Positions 26,008 through 40,100 of a stretch of DNA of 64,000 nucleotides are shown here, in pieces. Where the stretch lies: contig NW_002060943.1 in NCBI RefSeq assembly GCF_000150275.1, positions 2,262,987 through 2,326,986 on the forward strand. Reading direction: 5' to 3'. The position numbers were made by a program, and so were the translations under genes. Numbering within the stretch: the stretch's first letter is position 1; each line of letters opens with the position of its first letter. The notes beneath the pieces are model-generated. The model saw only the letters and a list, made by a program, of their open reading frames with translations, searched no databases and was not told where the DNA came from. Source of the stretch: Trichoplax adhaerens. Its lineage: Eukaryota; Animalia; Placozoa.

Positions 26008-28223
26008 ATGGAGGCAATTCAAGACATCATTTTAGGGATTGATTTAGGAACAACGTCTGTTAAAATATGCTTACTAAACGAAGAAAATCGTAAAGTGATT
26101 TATTCAACAACAGCTGAGACCAATGCTGATGTACCGTCGGATAATGAAAATGGTAGCGAACAAAGTGTGCAGTTAATTTTGCAAGCTGTCCAAAAAGCGA
26201 TGTTAGATATACCTGATTTGTATAAGAGTAAAGTCAAGGCTATTGGAGTTTGTGGTCAGATGCATGGTTGCTTGTTATGGCAGTCAGGTAACTAATGGTC
26301 TTCAAAGACGTTTTAAATTCACCAGACACATCCAGCGGATGATTTGCTACATCGGTTAACATTACCACTACCATGATTATTATCGTTTGATGGTCGACAA
26401 GTACTTATTTTTACAATAAATTAGTATCTTGCTCTATCATTTATTTGTCTTCATTAAATGAATGACTTTTAGACAGTTGCTGGGAGATCACGAAAGGAAA
26501 CTACGAGTCTATTCAAGTCACCAACTGCACTCCTTTGTACACCTGGCAGGACGGGCGATGTGATACGCATTTCTTGCAAAGTTTACCTTCGAGTCAGTCC
26601 ACGGTGAAAATTGCCACAGGATTTGGTTGTGCAACGTTGTTTTGGCTGTTAAAAAATCGGTACAAGGATTGACTAATTTGATTAAGCTTGCAAGTTTCTG
26701 CATAGTATCTTTTGAATCAATTATTTTACAAATGACATTGAACTTAGCATTGCTCTATGTTCTGTTATAGACCTCAGCTAATCGGTCAATTTGATCGTGC
26801 ATCAACAATTCAAGATTTTTTGGTTTGTATTCTATGTCATACCAACAAAGTTGTTATGTCTGGTCAGAATGCTACAAGCTGGGGTTATTTTGATCCTATT
26901 CGAAATTGTTGGGAAACAGAAGTGTAAGTACACAGTGATAAAAGAGTTCGTGCTTGCAGGAATTGGCATAGCCATGTCATCTACATGTGTTATTTAGTGT
27001 AAATAATAATGATAATCATCAACGGTACTAGCTAAACACTAAGTGTCTGCTACAGTGCTGTTTATGGCAGTTGGAATAATAATTTAAATTTTAGAAATGA
27101 AGGACACTGGAGTGAAATTCTAGTGTTGCTGCATACACGCACAAATAGTTACTGAATATTTACGAGTAGTAAGGGAATAATGCAATATGGTTACTATTCA
27201 CTCGTTGACATTTTATATTCTTGACTATTGTTTTACTATAGTCTTGAGCCAGCTTCTTTTCCAATAGCGCTCTTACCTGAGGTATCAGATGCAGGTGAGA
27301 AAGCTGGCTATTTGCAACAAGCGATGTGGGGTTTGAAAGCTGGCATACCAGTGAGCGTAGCAAGTGGCGATATGCAGTGCTCTATATATTCTGCTCTGAA
27401 AGATAATACGGATGCAGGTAATGAAATCATGTAGATGTTTACTAGTTGTAAGAGGTTCAGATTCAAATATTGGAGATGATAGATCAGATTTTATGAAAAA
27501 TCATTTTAAATTAATAATATATCATTCTTTATATACGATAACGGGTCATGCCTGTATGTGGATTACATGCTGTGGTGAAACTTGTGGATTCTATGGATGT
27601 GGTATTCTATCGTAGTCATGAATATTAGTACTTCAGCTCAATTGGCATTTGTGGCAAGTCATGCGTTTATTCAGGATAATTTAACCGTTATTCCAGCTAG
27701 TATTCAAATTCAACCTTTCTTTCAAAAATCCTTTATCTCTGTTGCTGCAGCTCTAAATGGGGGCAATGCTTTAGCTGCATTTGTTGACATGTTGGCAAGC
27801 TGGATGAAGGATTTAGCAGTTGTTGATATACCAAATAAGGAAGAATTATTTGATAGAATACTGAGGTTAGCCTCTTCTGTAGAATCTGTACCGTCGTTAA
27901 AAATTGAACCGATATTATTGGGTGAGAGGCATGATCCAAAGCGCAGAGGTTGCGTTTCACACATTACACCGCATAATTTGCAATTGTCTAATGTTGCCAA
28001 TGGCCTCTTATATGGAATTATTCATAATTTAAATGATATGATGCCTGGTGAGTTTCTGCGAAAGGCTGGAATACGTCGTATTGTTGGTAGTGGACGGCTG
28101 CTGGCTTCTCATGCGTTCATTCGTGATATTGTTGAAAGTCAATTTCACCTACCTGTAACTATAGGGGCAACTGGCGATGCAGCAACAGGTGCAGCATTAG
28201 CTGTGATGCTAACAAGGCGTTAA
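26008..28223 (+). CDS. SHPK: Sedoheptulokinase (CARKL), FGGY carbohydrate kinase family; 5 exons
   Basis: LGIDLGTTSVK, IGVCGQMHG, LYTWQDGRC, ATGFGCATLFWL, QNATSWGYFD, GDMQCS, NISTSAQL, AAALNGGNALA, LGERHDP: SHPK-type motifs in order. Confidence 0.95.
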
Positions 28224-29265
28224 ATTAATCGATGTTTGGCATGAAATTGGAGTTCTGGATGAAATAGTGTGATACACTTAGCCTGATTGAAAGGTACCGT
28301 ATATTGAAATTGTAATCCATTCCATATTTGTTGGTATAAGATTATTATCAACATTGCTAAACCAACCAATTTCTTGGAGTGATTTTATGCTAGGATATAA
28401 TTTCTAATTCTAATCAAGTTCAAAAGCTAGGATGTTTTATTTAAAATATTGTTTGATGTTGTTTTTTATTGACTAGAGTTATATTGAAATTTATTGAGGC
28501 CGTTTAAATCACGTATTTGATACTATTTAGAATTTGACATCATAATAGAGAAATTTGATATAGTACAAGTTATCTTCTTGTTTAATCTTTTATTTTAACT
28601 CATCTTTGCGATTGTTATACTATACATTGTACCAGCTTTCATGTTCCAATTATTCTTGTAATAATTTTGAATGAGAATGTTATTTTGTTGTCTATTTATT
28701 GGTGAATTTGAAAATTTTGAATTATTTCATAACAGTGAATGGTATGATGGTGATATCAGATATAGCCTGAAAGTGGATTGCTGTATGTACTCATAGTTTC
28801 TACTTTGATATGCTTTTAGTATAATTGCTTAGTCTGTGTATCCACTTCTTTTTATGGATGATGGACGTATCCATTTTTTCCTGTATATATCGTTCAACGA
28901 ATGCAGTTTATTATGTTGGAAAGCGTTGTACTATTTTCGTATAGTAATGAAAGAGAATTATTTTAATTGAATAATGGTACTGCTCTTGGTGTAGAGTAAT
29001 ACTCGTATTAATAGCGATGGACATGATTCACCTTGAAAGTTACCCTTTTCCAGCATTGAAATTCTATTATGGAAGGATAGATTGATTTTTGAACGTATGC
29101 TAACTTTATGATTGTCTCAATTTCTTTTCAGAAATGAACCTGGAATTACATACTTGTATCTATCTACTGTCGATACACCTGTTTACAGATGTCTGTGGAA
29201 TAGGATTTCTGATTTTTTGAAATACTTTCTATCTTGAGGTGATAAGCATGTATTTGCATGGCTGT

Positions 29266-31277
29266 ATTGCAGTCATTTTGACATAGGATTCATTATTGGA
29301 CTAGTGCTAGAACAGACCAAGATGGCCGTAGTGCTAGTTTGAAGTTAAGGGATCATCTGGTATTGTAATACAGTATGAGCTAGGAGATCTTCGTGATCTA
29401 GTGTCGAGTCCACAGTCGAGTACAGTAGTGTACTGCACTGTATACGTCACTGGTCTGCACCTGCGCACTTTTGGACAACAGGATTTGCAGTCATTTTAAC
29501 ATAGGATTGATGATTATTGGACTAGTGCTAGAACAGACCAAGATGGCCGTAGTGCTAGTTTGAAGTTAAGGGATCATCTGGTATTGTAATACAGTATGAG
29601 CTAAGAGATCTTCGTGATCTACAGTAGTGTCGAGTCCACAGTCGAGTACAGTAGTGTACTACACTATACACGTCACTGGTCTGCACCTGCGCACTTTTGG
29701 ACAACAGGATTTGCAGTCATTTTAACATAGGATTGATGATTATTGGACTAGTGCTTGAACAGACCAAGATGGCCGTAGTGTTAATTAAGGGATCATCTGG
29801 TATTGTAATACAGTATGAGCTAAGAGATCTTCGTGATCTACAGTAGTGTCGAGTCCACAGTCGAGTACAGTAGTGTACTACACTGTACACGTCACTGGTC
29901 TGCACCTGCGCACTTTTGGACAACAGGATTTGCAGTCATTTTAACATAGGATTGATGATTATTGGACTAGTGCTTGAACAGACCAAGATGGCCGTAGTGT
30001 TAATTAAGGGATCATCTGGTATTGTAATACAGTATGAGCTAAGAGATCTTCGTGATCTACAGTAGTGTCGAGTCCACAGTCGAGTACAGTAGTGTACTAC
30101 ACTGTACACGTCACTGGTCTGCACCTGCGCACTTTTGGACAACAGGATTTGCAGTCATTTTAACATAGGATTGATGATTATTGGACTAGTGCTTGAACAG
30201 ACCAAGATGGCCGTAGTTTAANNNNNNNNNNNNNNNNNNNNNNNNNNNNNNNNNNNNNNNNNNNNNNNNNNAGCTAAGAGATCTTCGTGATCTAGTGTCG
30301 AGTCCACAGTCGAGTACTGTACAGCAGTGTACTGCACTGTACACGTCACTGGTCTGCACCTGCGCACTTTTGGACAACAGGATTTGCAGTCATTTTAACA
30401 TAGGATTGATGATTATTGGTCTAGTGCTTGAACAGACCAAGGAGGCTATAGTGCTAATTATGGGATCATCTGATATTCTAATACAGTATGAGCTAAGAGA
30501 TCTTCTTGGTCAAGTGTCGAGTCCATAGTACTGTAGAGTAAACTGAAACTCACTGAGTACAGTAGTGTACTGCGCAGTACACGTCGACACCTGCGCACTT
30601 TTGGACAACAAGATTTGCAGTCATTTTGAGATAGGATTCATGATTATTGGATTAGTTAGTGCTTGAACAGACCAAGATGGTCGTAGTGCTAGTTTAAAGT
30701 TAAGGGATCATCTGGTATTGTAATACAGTATAAGCTAAGAGATCTTCGTGATCTAGTGTCGAGTCCACAGTCGAGTACAGTAGTGTACTGCACTGTACAG
30801 TGTACACGTCACTGGTCTGCACCTGCGCACTTTTGGACAACAGGATTTGCAGTCATTTTGACATAGGATTCATTATTGGACTAGTGCTTGAACAGACCAA
30901 GGAGGCTATAGTGCTAATTATGGGATCATCTGGTATTGTAATACAGTATGAGCTAAGAGATCTTCGTGATCTAGTATCGAGTCCACAGTCCGAGTACAGT
31001 AATGTACTGCACTGTACACGTCACTGGTCGGCACCTGCGCACTTTTGGACAACAGGATTTGCAGTCATTTTAACATAGGATTGATGATTATTGGACTAGT
31101 GCTTGAACAGACCAAGATGGCCGTAGTGTTAATTATGCGATCATCTGATATTCTAATGTACAGTATGAGCTAAGAGACCTTCGTGGTCTACAGTACTGCA
31201 CTGTTACACGTCACGTCAAATACACGTCGACACGTCACCGGTCGACACCTGCGCACTCTTGGACAACAGGATTTGCC
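29266..31277. repeat. Minisatellite-like tandem array, at least 9 copies of a ~219 bp unit, with a 50-N gap at 30222-30271
   Basis: Anchor gcagtcatttt at 29269, 29487, 29713, 29932, 30151, 30386, 30617, 30849 and 31061; the units at 29713 and 29932 appear identical. Confidence 0.98.
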
Positions 31278-31837
31278 TGAGCGCGTTCAAAGTGCAGTCA
31301 ACCAACCACTGCCAATCTGGCCTGAACCTTCTTGCTTCAGTCCATAGTGCAGTTCACTCATGGTACGGTACGGTACCAAAGCTTCAGTTTATGGTACGGT
31401 ACGGTACGGTACCAAAACGTCAGTTTATGATGCTGGACACAGCGTGCCCTGTCTTTTTTAGTACTGTACAGTACAGCACACTACACAGTATTCTCAAGCT
31501 GAGTGAAAGAGATGTCCGTCATAGCATACTAGAGACACATTTGAAGATGACATCCATTTGACTTGGAACGGATAACAAGTTGTTCAATTATCCAATACGA
31601 TACTATAGCTTTGATAAGGTGAGTGAACCAAATCAATGTCACTATAATGTGCCTATCATTGCCTTGGAATGGCGATGCTATAGTGCCAGAGGGTGACATC
31701 TATTTTGATAAGTGAACCCAACTACAGTACGTCGTACTGTAACCTACAGTACCTCGGGTGAAGTCAAATCGCAGCGATCCATTCTGTTCAATCGTTGCTC
31801 GACAGGGAATAGAAATCCTTTCCACCACCAAGAGAAA

Positions 31838-34800
31838 ATGTCCAAGAAGCAACGAATATCTTCCAATCCTACCGAAAAAGCCACACTATCCTTAAATGAG
31901 AGGATACTACGAGAATGCCATGGGCTCTATGCAGATCAGGATAAAGGTGAATTCTCCCTTCGATACAGATAAAATACGTCCACAATCTCCTTGATCATCT
32001 CCTGTCATAATCGTTGATGATTGCACTGTAATCATGGAATGATTTGAAAAACGGCGGTTGCCAATGCATTCTGCTGTCCATTTCATCTTGCACTTTTTAA
32101 TTTATTTATACCAATCTCTATGGATAATGATGAAATGGGAAAGAGTGAATTATTATTGTCGTCAGTTGATTTGCAGGCTTAATCCAATGGTGTAGTTTGC
32201 AAATATTGAAATGATTGGACAATGACAGTGCAGACCAACTCATTCAACTGATCACTTGATGTCTCCCATGGTAACAAAAGCATTTACTGTATCTACTTCG
32301 GCTTCATTGATCGGTAGCCTTTGGTATGGATGGATAAGATACACTGATAATATCAACAGTTTAGCATACTTGCACCAGGGACTACTAGAAGATTGTACTT
32401 TCATGATAAAATAGGAAGAAGAGCAGTTAATCATGCGATCGCCATCAGTTAGTAGAAATGATTGTCATGACTGCATAATTCAGCATTGGATGGGCACGTC
32501 CAATCCATCATCCAACAGTACAATAAATAGTTTATCTAACTGATGCTAATTGAGAATTAGACTAGCTGTAAATTATACCACAGTCGATACTCGATAGTCC
32601 TATCCATCGAGGTAAGAAAAGACCTCTATAGGCTGATCGATTGATTGGAGACGATCCATGACTTCCCATTTTATTGCCTTCCATATCTGCAATCTATCCT
32701 TGTAGCCTTGAATGACACACGGAAATGACCTTGGATAACTTGGCTGCAGTGCTGGATCATCAAGGCTAATTCTTATTTATACTCGTAGGTCATTATAGTA
32801 TCGCTTTCCATACCAGGATGCAATCAAAATTTAATTGAAAGTATCAGCATCTTCGCCATAAATTAATCCATTTGACGATCATCATTGAAGACCAGTAAAG
32901 GGCTTTTGCTACCGGATATCCCAGCCCAAATCAATCAATAGTTTCCCATACAGTAGAGTACATGCTACTAACACCACAATGTGAGAAAAACATAGTATCT
33001 CAACTCTTGCATGCTGTCGTCATCAACACTTCTTGATCGAAAGGGTGATATGTTTATTGCCATCTTGAGCAGTAGCTATATAACTATGTTTCGTACCTAT
33101 GCTGGCCTTAACGAATTGCTATTAGGATTGCCATTTAGAATAAATTTATGCATTTCGTAATGTTTCAATAGTGGCTTTACAAGTAACCATCTGTAATGCC
33201 TTCTAACCAATACATGCAATTTTACATTACTTTTATCACTGTATATAGGCTTGGTTTCCATGGCTAAAAGCCTCGATCTGTCTTTATTAACCCCTCGAAA
33301 TAAAATTACAGTTTTACTGATTGGTAATCACTCTGCTGGTAAATCATCCTTTATTAATTGGTGAGCAACAACTATTTGTTCATATCGAATCGATTACGAA
33401 TGCCAACAGATGTAGAGCTACTGTATACAGCAAATAGGCGAATGGTTAAGATAACAGTAATTTCATGATAGAGAATTCAGTTATGGTATTCATGCAGTAT
33501 TTAGTAATGATAGCGTATAATTATTATGGATAAATAATAAAGAATAAATTGAATGCTGTTACTAGGTATGTCGAGGAACATGTTCAAAAAACTGGAGTTG
33601 CAATAGAAACGCAAGGGTTTACTTTTGTTACTAGCGGCAAGAAACGTGAAACTTTAACTGTAAGAAAATTTTCCTGGCTAATACAGGGTTAAATGATAGA
33701 AGTGTATTCGACTTTTAAACATTGCTTCATGAAATGAAATAGTAATGACTACTTAAATATACGGATTTACGTAAACTACAGTACGTATAAAGTAACTCCT
33801 TCTTACTAAGCATCGAAAACTACGTATTCGCTCTGGTAACGTTGACTAATCCATGTAATTCGCTTTTATTGCTTGGTATAATATAGGGTAATGCTACTTT
33901 ACATTTATATCCGCACTTTAAACCCCTACAAAGATTCGAAGGTAAACTTCTAATTTAAAGCATTCTAAAGATAGATATATCGTTGTATATTTATATTAGA
34001 TATGGCTATAATTATGTGGGTGAATCAGTATTAATGGACAGAATTTTTGAATGGATTGACTTTATTAGGCGTAGTAGAATATTTGACAACGGAAATTTCT
34101 ACTTCTAAGCAAAAGAAATTCTCCGTAATTACGTTTATTGATACTCCTGGCTTAGTGGATGGCGATATGTTGTATCCATTTGATGTAGACAAAACAATCG
34201 AATGGCTAGGTAAAATTCACTGATCTATGCTCGACTGCTAGGACAACATTTCTTATAGGATGCTCACCTCTAATAGAATTGTCCTGGATTTATTGATAGT
34301 AAAGTAAAATTGCCTTGAAGCATGAGTCACACCTGGAATTGCAACATTTACAATGTTTTTGACCATACTGTTGTTATGTATAATTTAATTTATTCATTAG
34401 GCAACATGGCAGATTTGATTTTTGTCTTTTTTGATCCAATTGGTCAAGCTCTTTGTAAGAGAACACTCAATATTGTTCGTAAGTAGCAAAACATTTTCAA
34501 TCTTAATTAATTTTTGGTAATGCTAGCATACTTATCACACTCGATATCCGAATTGCAGAAACTTTAAATGGTAAGCATGGAGATCGCCTTCGATTTTATT
34601 TAAGTAAGGCAGATACAGCCGGGACAGAAACGGATAGGCAGGCAAGTTCTACAGTAGTTCTATCTGATAAGCTTTATGCTAGTACTTGTAAAAAATCATT
34701 TCAAAAGGGCCCCAATTGGGCGTTTATTACAATTCATCACTATTAATTCGATTATATGAAGATCCAGGATAATTTTAAATTTGGATTATTCTTTCAGCGG

Positions 34801-36334
34801 GTTATGATGCAAATTACTCAAGAACTATGCAAACGGCCTGGATTAAATAAGACAGGGTTTGATATGCCGACAATTTATGTACCGTCTATGACCTCAGGCA
34901 AGGTACGCAGTAGGATTAGTGTACTAATGTATATTAGAAGTCGTTTTTATTAGGACAGTGATAGGTGAAATCCATGTGTTATTATGTTTAGCCTATAAGA
35001 TGTGAGAATCAAATTGAAGATGTTTGCAAAACTGTGGAGAAGACAATTAGCCAGACGATTCAAAATACCTTAAATTCATTGGAAAAAGACTGCCAAAAAA
35101 TTGCAGATGCTGTAGACGAGAAGCTTCGGATTAATGCGTGAGTACTACGTTAGCCTTTATCTAATTTTAATTTTACGCCTGCATTTGGCCTTAAAGCTAA
35201 CATTCCAGTCTAGGGATTAACAAAATTCATGTAATGTGTACTGTATGATGCAAATTTTATAACTTCTTAGGCAGTAAAATACAGTACAATGATGTTTGAG
35301 TAGTTAGTACAGTATGATTCAATGTTTTTACCTGTTTCAATCTGATTATGTAAACAGTGAAAATTCATCGTACAACCTAAAAGCCCGTGGCAAAGGATTC
35401 ATTTTCGGATTTTTTGGTTTAACATTGCCGTTGTTAATTTTGGTTGCATGGCTTACAAGCTTGCCAGTCATTAATAAAGTTCTTGGTTCTGAATTAACAG
35501 ATACACTAAAGTCATACCTGGTATGTACTATGAATTTTGAGTAGAGGTGATCAATATTAGTGTCGTCAATAAAATGATTTTTATTTTTAAGAGTGGCATT
35601 GCCACTCTTGTTTGCTTTATGTGAGTAGTGTAACTACTTTTTTGTACTTGTTAGGTGCATTTTACTGACTTATGGAACACCGTACCAGAGGAATACAAAA
35701 CAAACTTATTAATTATTTTCATTGTGGTATCGTTATTATTACTTTATTTATCTCGGTGGATGTCAAGGTACGGCATATAGGATCGCGTTGGTTTGTTGAG
35801 ATTTTTCATTGTATTACAGCACATGCGTTCTGTAACATACGCAACTATTGATGAAATAATATAGCATGCAACAGTACCGTAGTATGATAGTAATGCCATT
35901 AAAATTTGGTAGCTTCTTCTATTGGATACTGATTATATATTGTACATGCGTTGTTGTTATAGACTGAAAGACACAATGTCACGCAAACAAATTCGACGCA
36001 TGATGGAAGTTCAAAGTTATGTAACTGGTCATGTGAAGACTAAAAAAGTAAGTTTAAATTTTGCAAATATCTTTAAACGATATTAACCAGTATTGACAAT
36101 AACCATTACATCGATGCGAATTACGCATCGCATATTCATATGCAATCATGCCTACTGCATTAATTACGCCATGATAGACGTGTAAATCACTAAGCGTTAT
36201 CAAGAACGTCAGAGTTGTCAATAGTCCTTTGAAACTCAATCTGCATATATTTTTCTTTTATTTACTACTTCTCTTAGGAACAACTATATCAAGAATATCT
36301 AACTCAAAGTATCGGTTCAACAGACCTGTCTTAA
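31838..36334 (+). CDS. Uncharacterised EHD/sarcalumenin-like dynamin-superfamily P-loop NTPase with two C-terminal TM segments; 13 exons
   Basis: Stitched protein MSKKQR...ITVLLIGNHSAGKSSFINW (G1)|YVEEHVQKTGVAIETQGFTFV (G2)...ITFIDTPGLVDG (G3)...DLIFVFFDPIG...FYLSKAD (G4)...helical region...GFIFGFFGLTLPLLILVAWL (TM1)...LLIIFIVVSLLLLLLSRW (TM2)...EQLYQEYLTQSIGSTDLS*. Exons join in frame. Confidence 0.88.
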
Positions 36335-37178
36335 TTAATTACCCACGATGTCATCTGCATGCAAATATTTGCTATTTTTAGTTATTCAACATGTAATTGA
36401 AAATTTTTCGCCATTGGTTATAGCGTAACAAATAAAAAGCAGCATTCGTTGCTGTATCAGTGTTCCATAATCCTGTCTTTGCTACTAGCTTAAACCGAGT
36501 AATCTCTGATATTCCATATTCATTCGCTGACAATGAATTTGTAGTTGCTCCAGATTTTAATAGCATAGCTAGGGTTGCACTTATTATTCAATAGATGTAA
36601 AATAAGGATAACTCTATATACAGACCTAGATAGAGACTGTTAACATCAATGTGGCATACTGACTTTTAATATTATAAAAAACAACGCTCTTTCAATCGTT
36701 TCGGCAAATAATCAGGAAAAATTTACATTACAAAATTGAATTGAGAACAGCTACATAACATCACACAGTTAAAATAATCACTTCTTACATTCATGATATG
36801 AAAGAAAGTTCAACGGTATTCGATGACGCTAAAAGGCATTACAATATTGCTTTCTCAGGCCTTTAGTTCAACATCTACAACTAGAAAGTAACATAATGAA
36901 GTTATCCCTAATATTTGTAGGTAATAATTATTGATTTTTCAAGTATCTTAAGTATCGATACAGTAAGGAATCCTACATTGGCAACATAACTAACGATCAT
37001 GATGTTTTATGCTATCATTTTAGTAAACGGTTTAATATTATGGATAGCATAACCGGCATAGAAATAACCAAAACCGACCTAATAGCTGCACATTTTTTTC
37101 TACTTTTACATCATACCAAGCAATATTTAGATATACGCGTACAAATACAGTCTGCTCAGTACCGTTATAATAGTCATC

Positions 37179-40100
37179 TTAATCGTCTCCTGCTTCATTG
37201 CCATCTTTCCAGCTTCGTGGCCGTGCTCCTCCAAATAAGTTCCTGGTATCTGAAGCAACAGATAAAGCTGGCGCACCTACCGATCTCGGTTGCAGGTTCA
37301 ACTTAGGTCGACGAGAAGCAGTTTCTACAGGAATGTTAAAAAGCGATATAAAATGAATTTAACATCTTTAAGTATTTAGGGTATTCGATTCGCTATCAAC
37401 TTTGTCTTGTATATTGGGTATAAATTTTCATTTGGCAAAATATTAATTACTTACACACATACACCGTACGTACAATGATACTGTATACTCGCAATGTGAA
37501 CGTTAAACATTGCAAAACGACTCATTATTAAAATCTCATTTATAACATCTGTAATAAAAATGTGGCTAGTTTTCTACTATTATAATTGACCATCACATTT
37601 AAAATACAAATACGACTATAATAATTTACCAGGGGAAGGTTCACGAAATTCTTCCGGTGGTGGCCTACTGCTGCTGCTGCTGCTGCCGCCACGGCCTCGA
37701 CCTCGATAATTCTGATATCCACCGCGGCGCGGACCTCCGCGTCCGCCACCATCTAGTGAAACAAAAGATTCTAGTGAGATGAAACTTATATTGTAGGTCA
37801 TGCACAAGCTATACATGACGATATTTGACTATTCAAGAGAATAGCAATCCACATCAATGAGTAAAGAGTTACTGACATGAATTATCACGGTATCGACCAC
37901 CATCTCTTCTACCATATTGTCCTAATGATATACGAATACATCAAATCACCATAATTGCATCGTATAGTATGTACTGTAATATAATTTCTGAAGTTAGAGT
38001 CATTAGATCCTAATCAAAGTGGAACATTACCTTCGCCATCACCACGATCACCGCGATCACCGCGATCACCGCGCTCGCGATCTCCATTGCCGCCACCACG
38101 ATCGTTTCTTTTACCACCAGCGATATCAACTTTTATATTTCTATTTTCAAATTCCTGTAATACATTGAAGACAGTGTTAAAGTTGAACGCTTTAAAATCC
38201 GTTTTAACATCAGCAGAGATTCATCTACCATTTTAAAAACTATATTTACTTTGTACATTAAATTGAGAAATGCAGGGGTATTAATAAATAAAATCTCTAG
38301 TTGAGTTCAATCTACAGGTTTTATGCGCACAAGATAATAAACATAGTAGAAAAAATGTCTGTAAAGTCAGTTTCAATATCTATATCTACTAGATGAGATT
38401 TAATTAAACAACAGTGGGCATCAATAATAACTACTATCGTATTCTACAGCTACGGTCTTTGAAATTTTTACAACCTAAATTTATAGGCCTAGTACATACT
38501 GAATAATCTACGGTACCATTTAGAGATTTAATTTTTATAGTCAGTTAATTTCTTAATTGACGGAAAATCGAGCAATCTGAATTAATATACCGTCGTACTA
38601 ATTGAATCGATTACAATTAACATTATGCTTTGCTGTTTTTCATCTGTCAAAATCAAAACACCGAATGCCTTACCGATCCATTGTACTCAAGAGCTTCTTT
38701 CAATCCTTCAGGTGATGAAAATTCTACATAACAAAAGCCTAAAAAAATAGATAGAATGTTACGTTATGATTTATAAAGCAACTAGGGTGTCTTAAGTGTA
38801 GAACAGATATGCTACATAGTTATTCGATGTCAATGGCAATCAAAATTGCGGTACTGTACTTTTTAAGACTATAAATAGTCTACGGTAATTGTTGTCAGAA
38901 GGGTACTATGCAGCACAGACACTTTTATACTATTCGGTCTTTATGCGGTATTACGCGGAATGTTATCAATATTTAATGTCTAGTCAATTTTCTACATCAC
39001 GTTCAACGTGCACATTGTGGCAGAATCTAGCTTCCGTTTACTGTTGTAATGTCGCTTGCAAGATCTATCCAAGGCAATGTATTACGTTAATTAACTGCTT
39101 CTATGAATGTGCCAATCGTGGCGCGATCAGTTATTTGGTATTTTGCGTATATTGTATGATGTAACAGTCGAACGGTAGTCACTTCCGATAATTTTAGTTG
39201 ATCAAAGCCTGATAATGTTTTCATCTTAGTCAGCCTATAACTCTGACGTGAGAGAATAATTATGCGTTACAGTACGGTATTTTAAAAAAGACTGGATAAT
39301 AAAAACCAGAGATAGCACCATAGTGCGATTAGTTACTCTCAAACAAAATGTCGACATTGTAATTACCTTCTCATTACTACATATAATGAGTTTAAATAAC
39401 ATTGATACCATGTACAGAACACGTCTCATAAATGTTAAAACGGAAAAGAAGGCAATCATAATGGAGGTATCCATTGAAAAATTTCCGTAGTAGTAGAGGA
39501 AAAGTAGTTAAGGTACTTTTGTATGTCAAGAAAATCCATTGACGTGACGAATCTCTCACAACCAAAAAGGCATCGGAAATTGATAATAAACTTCAATTAT
39601 GATCTTCTACGAGCACCAGCTAGTGTACACTGTACAGTAGTAGCGGATACATTTCATTTACAAACATTGTGGGGATGGTTAAAAAATGGATACAATGTAG
39701 TATACCCTGACTCGATTACGTTATTAAACAGTACAGTATAGGAAGTCATTAATGTTGGAATTTTATACGCGCTTATTCATCATCCGATACACTTGCATTT
39801 GTATAGAGTAATGAAATATATACTAATTATTAAAACGGCTAAAATGAAACGAAAGTGTCTTAATGTATTCATGATGGAATAGAAAAGTTACAAAGAGAGA
39901 AGAGACTTTAATCGATGGCTAAAATCAAACTATTCCAATGATAGCAAGCATGCATGCACATTTAAACCATCGCAAGGGCACCCTACAATGGCCTACATGG
40001 GTCGATGATTATAGGATTATTACACACATACTGTATTGCCTTATTCATTTAACAAATATTTACGTAAAGATAATGACAATCTCGCCATTAGGTGAACAAG

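Noticed and set aside
14372-28223. POR + DOMON + SHPK as a functional redox/pentose-phosphate gene cluster
   Set aside because: Products act in different compartments, RAD1 is interposed, and no shared regulatory signal is visible; adjacency is explained by genome compaction.
29717-31078. Repeated 63-92 aa ORFs (MSKSAQVQTSDVYS... and antisense)
   Set aside because: They are translations of the 219 bp tandem unit, mostly starting at non-ATG codons, and are broken by indels between copies.
29266-31277. CRISPR-like regular periodicity
   Set aside because: Whole units repeat with no unique spacers, no cas genes, and the context is eukaryotic.
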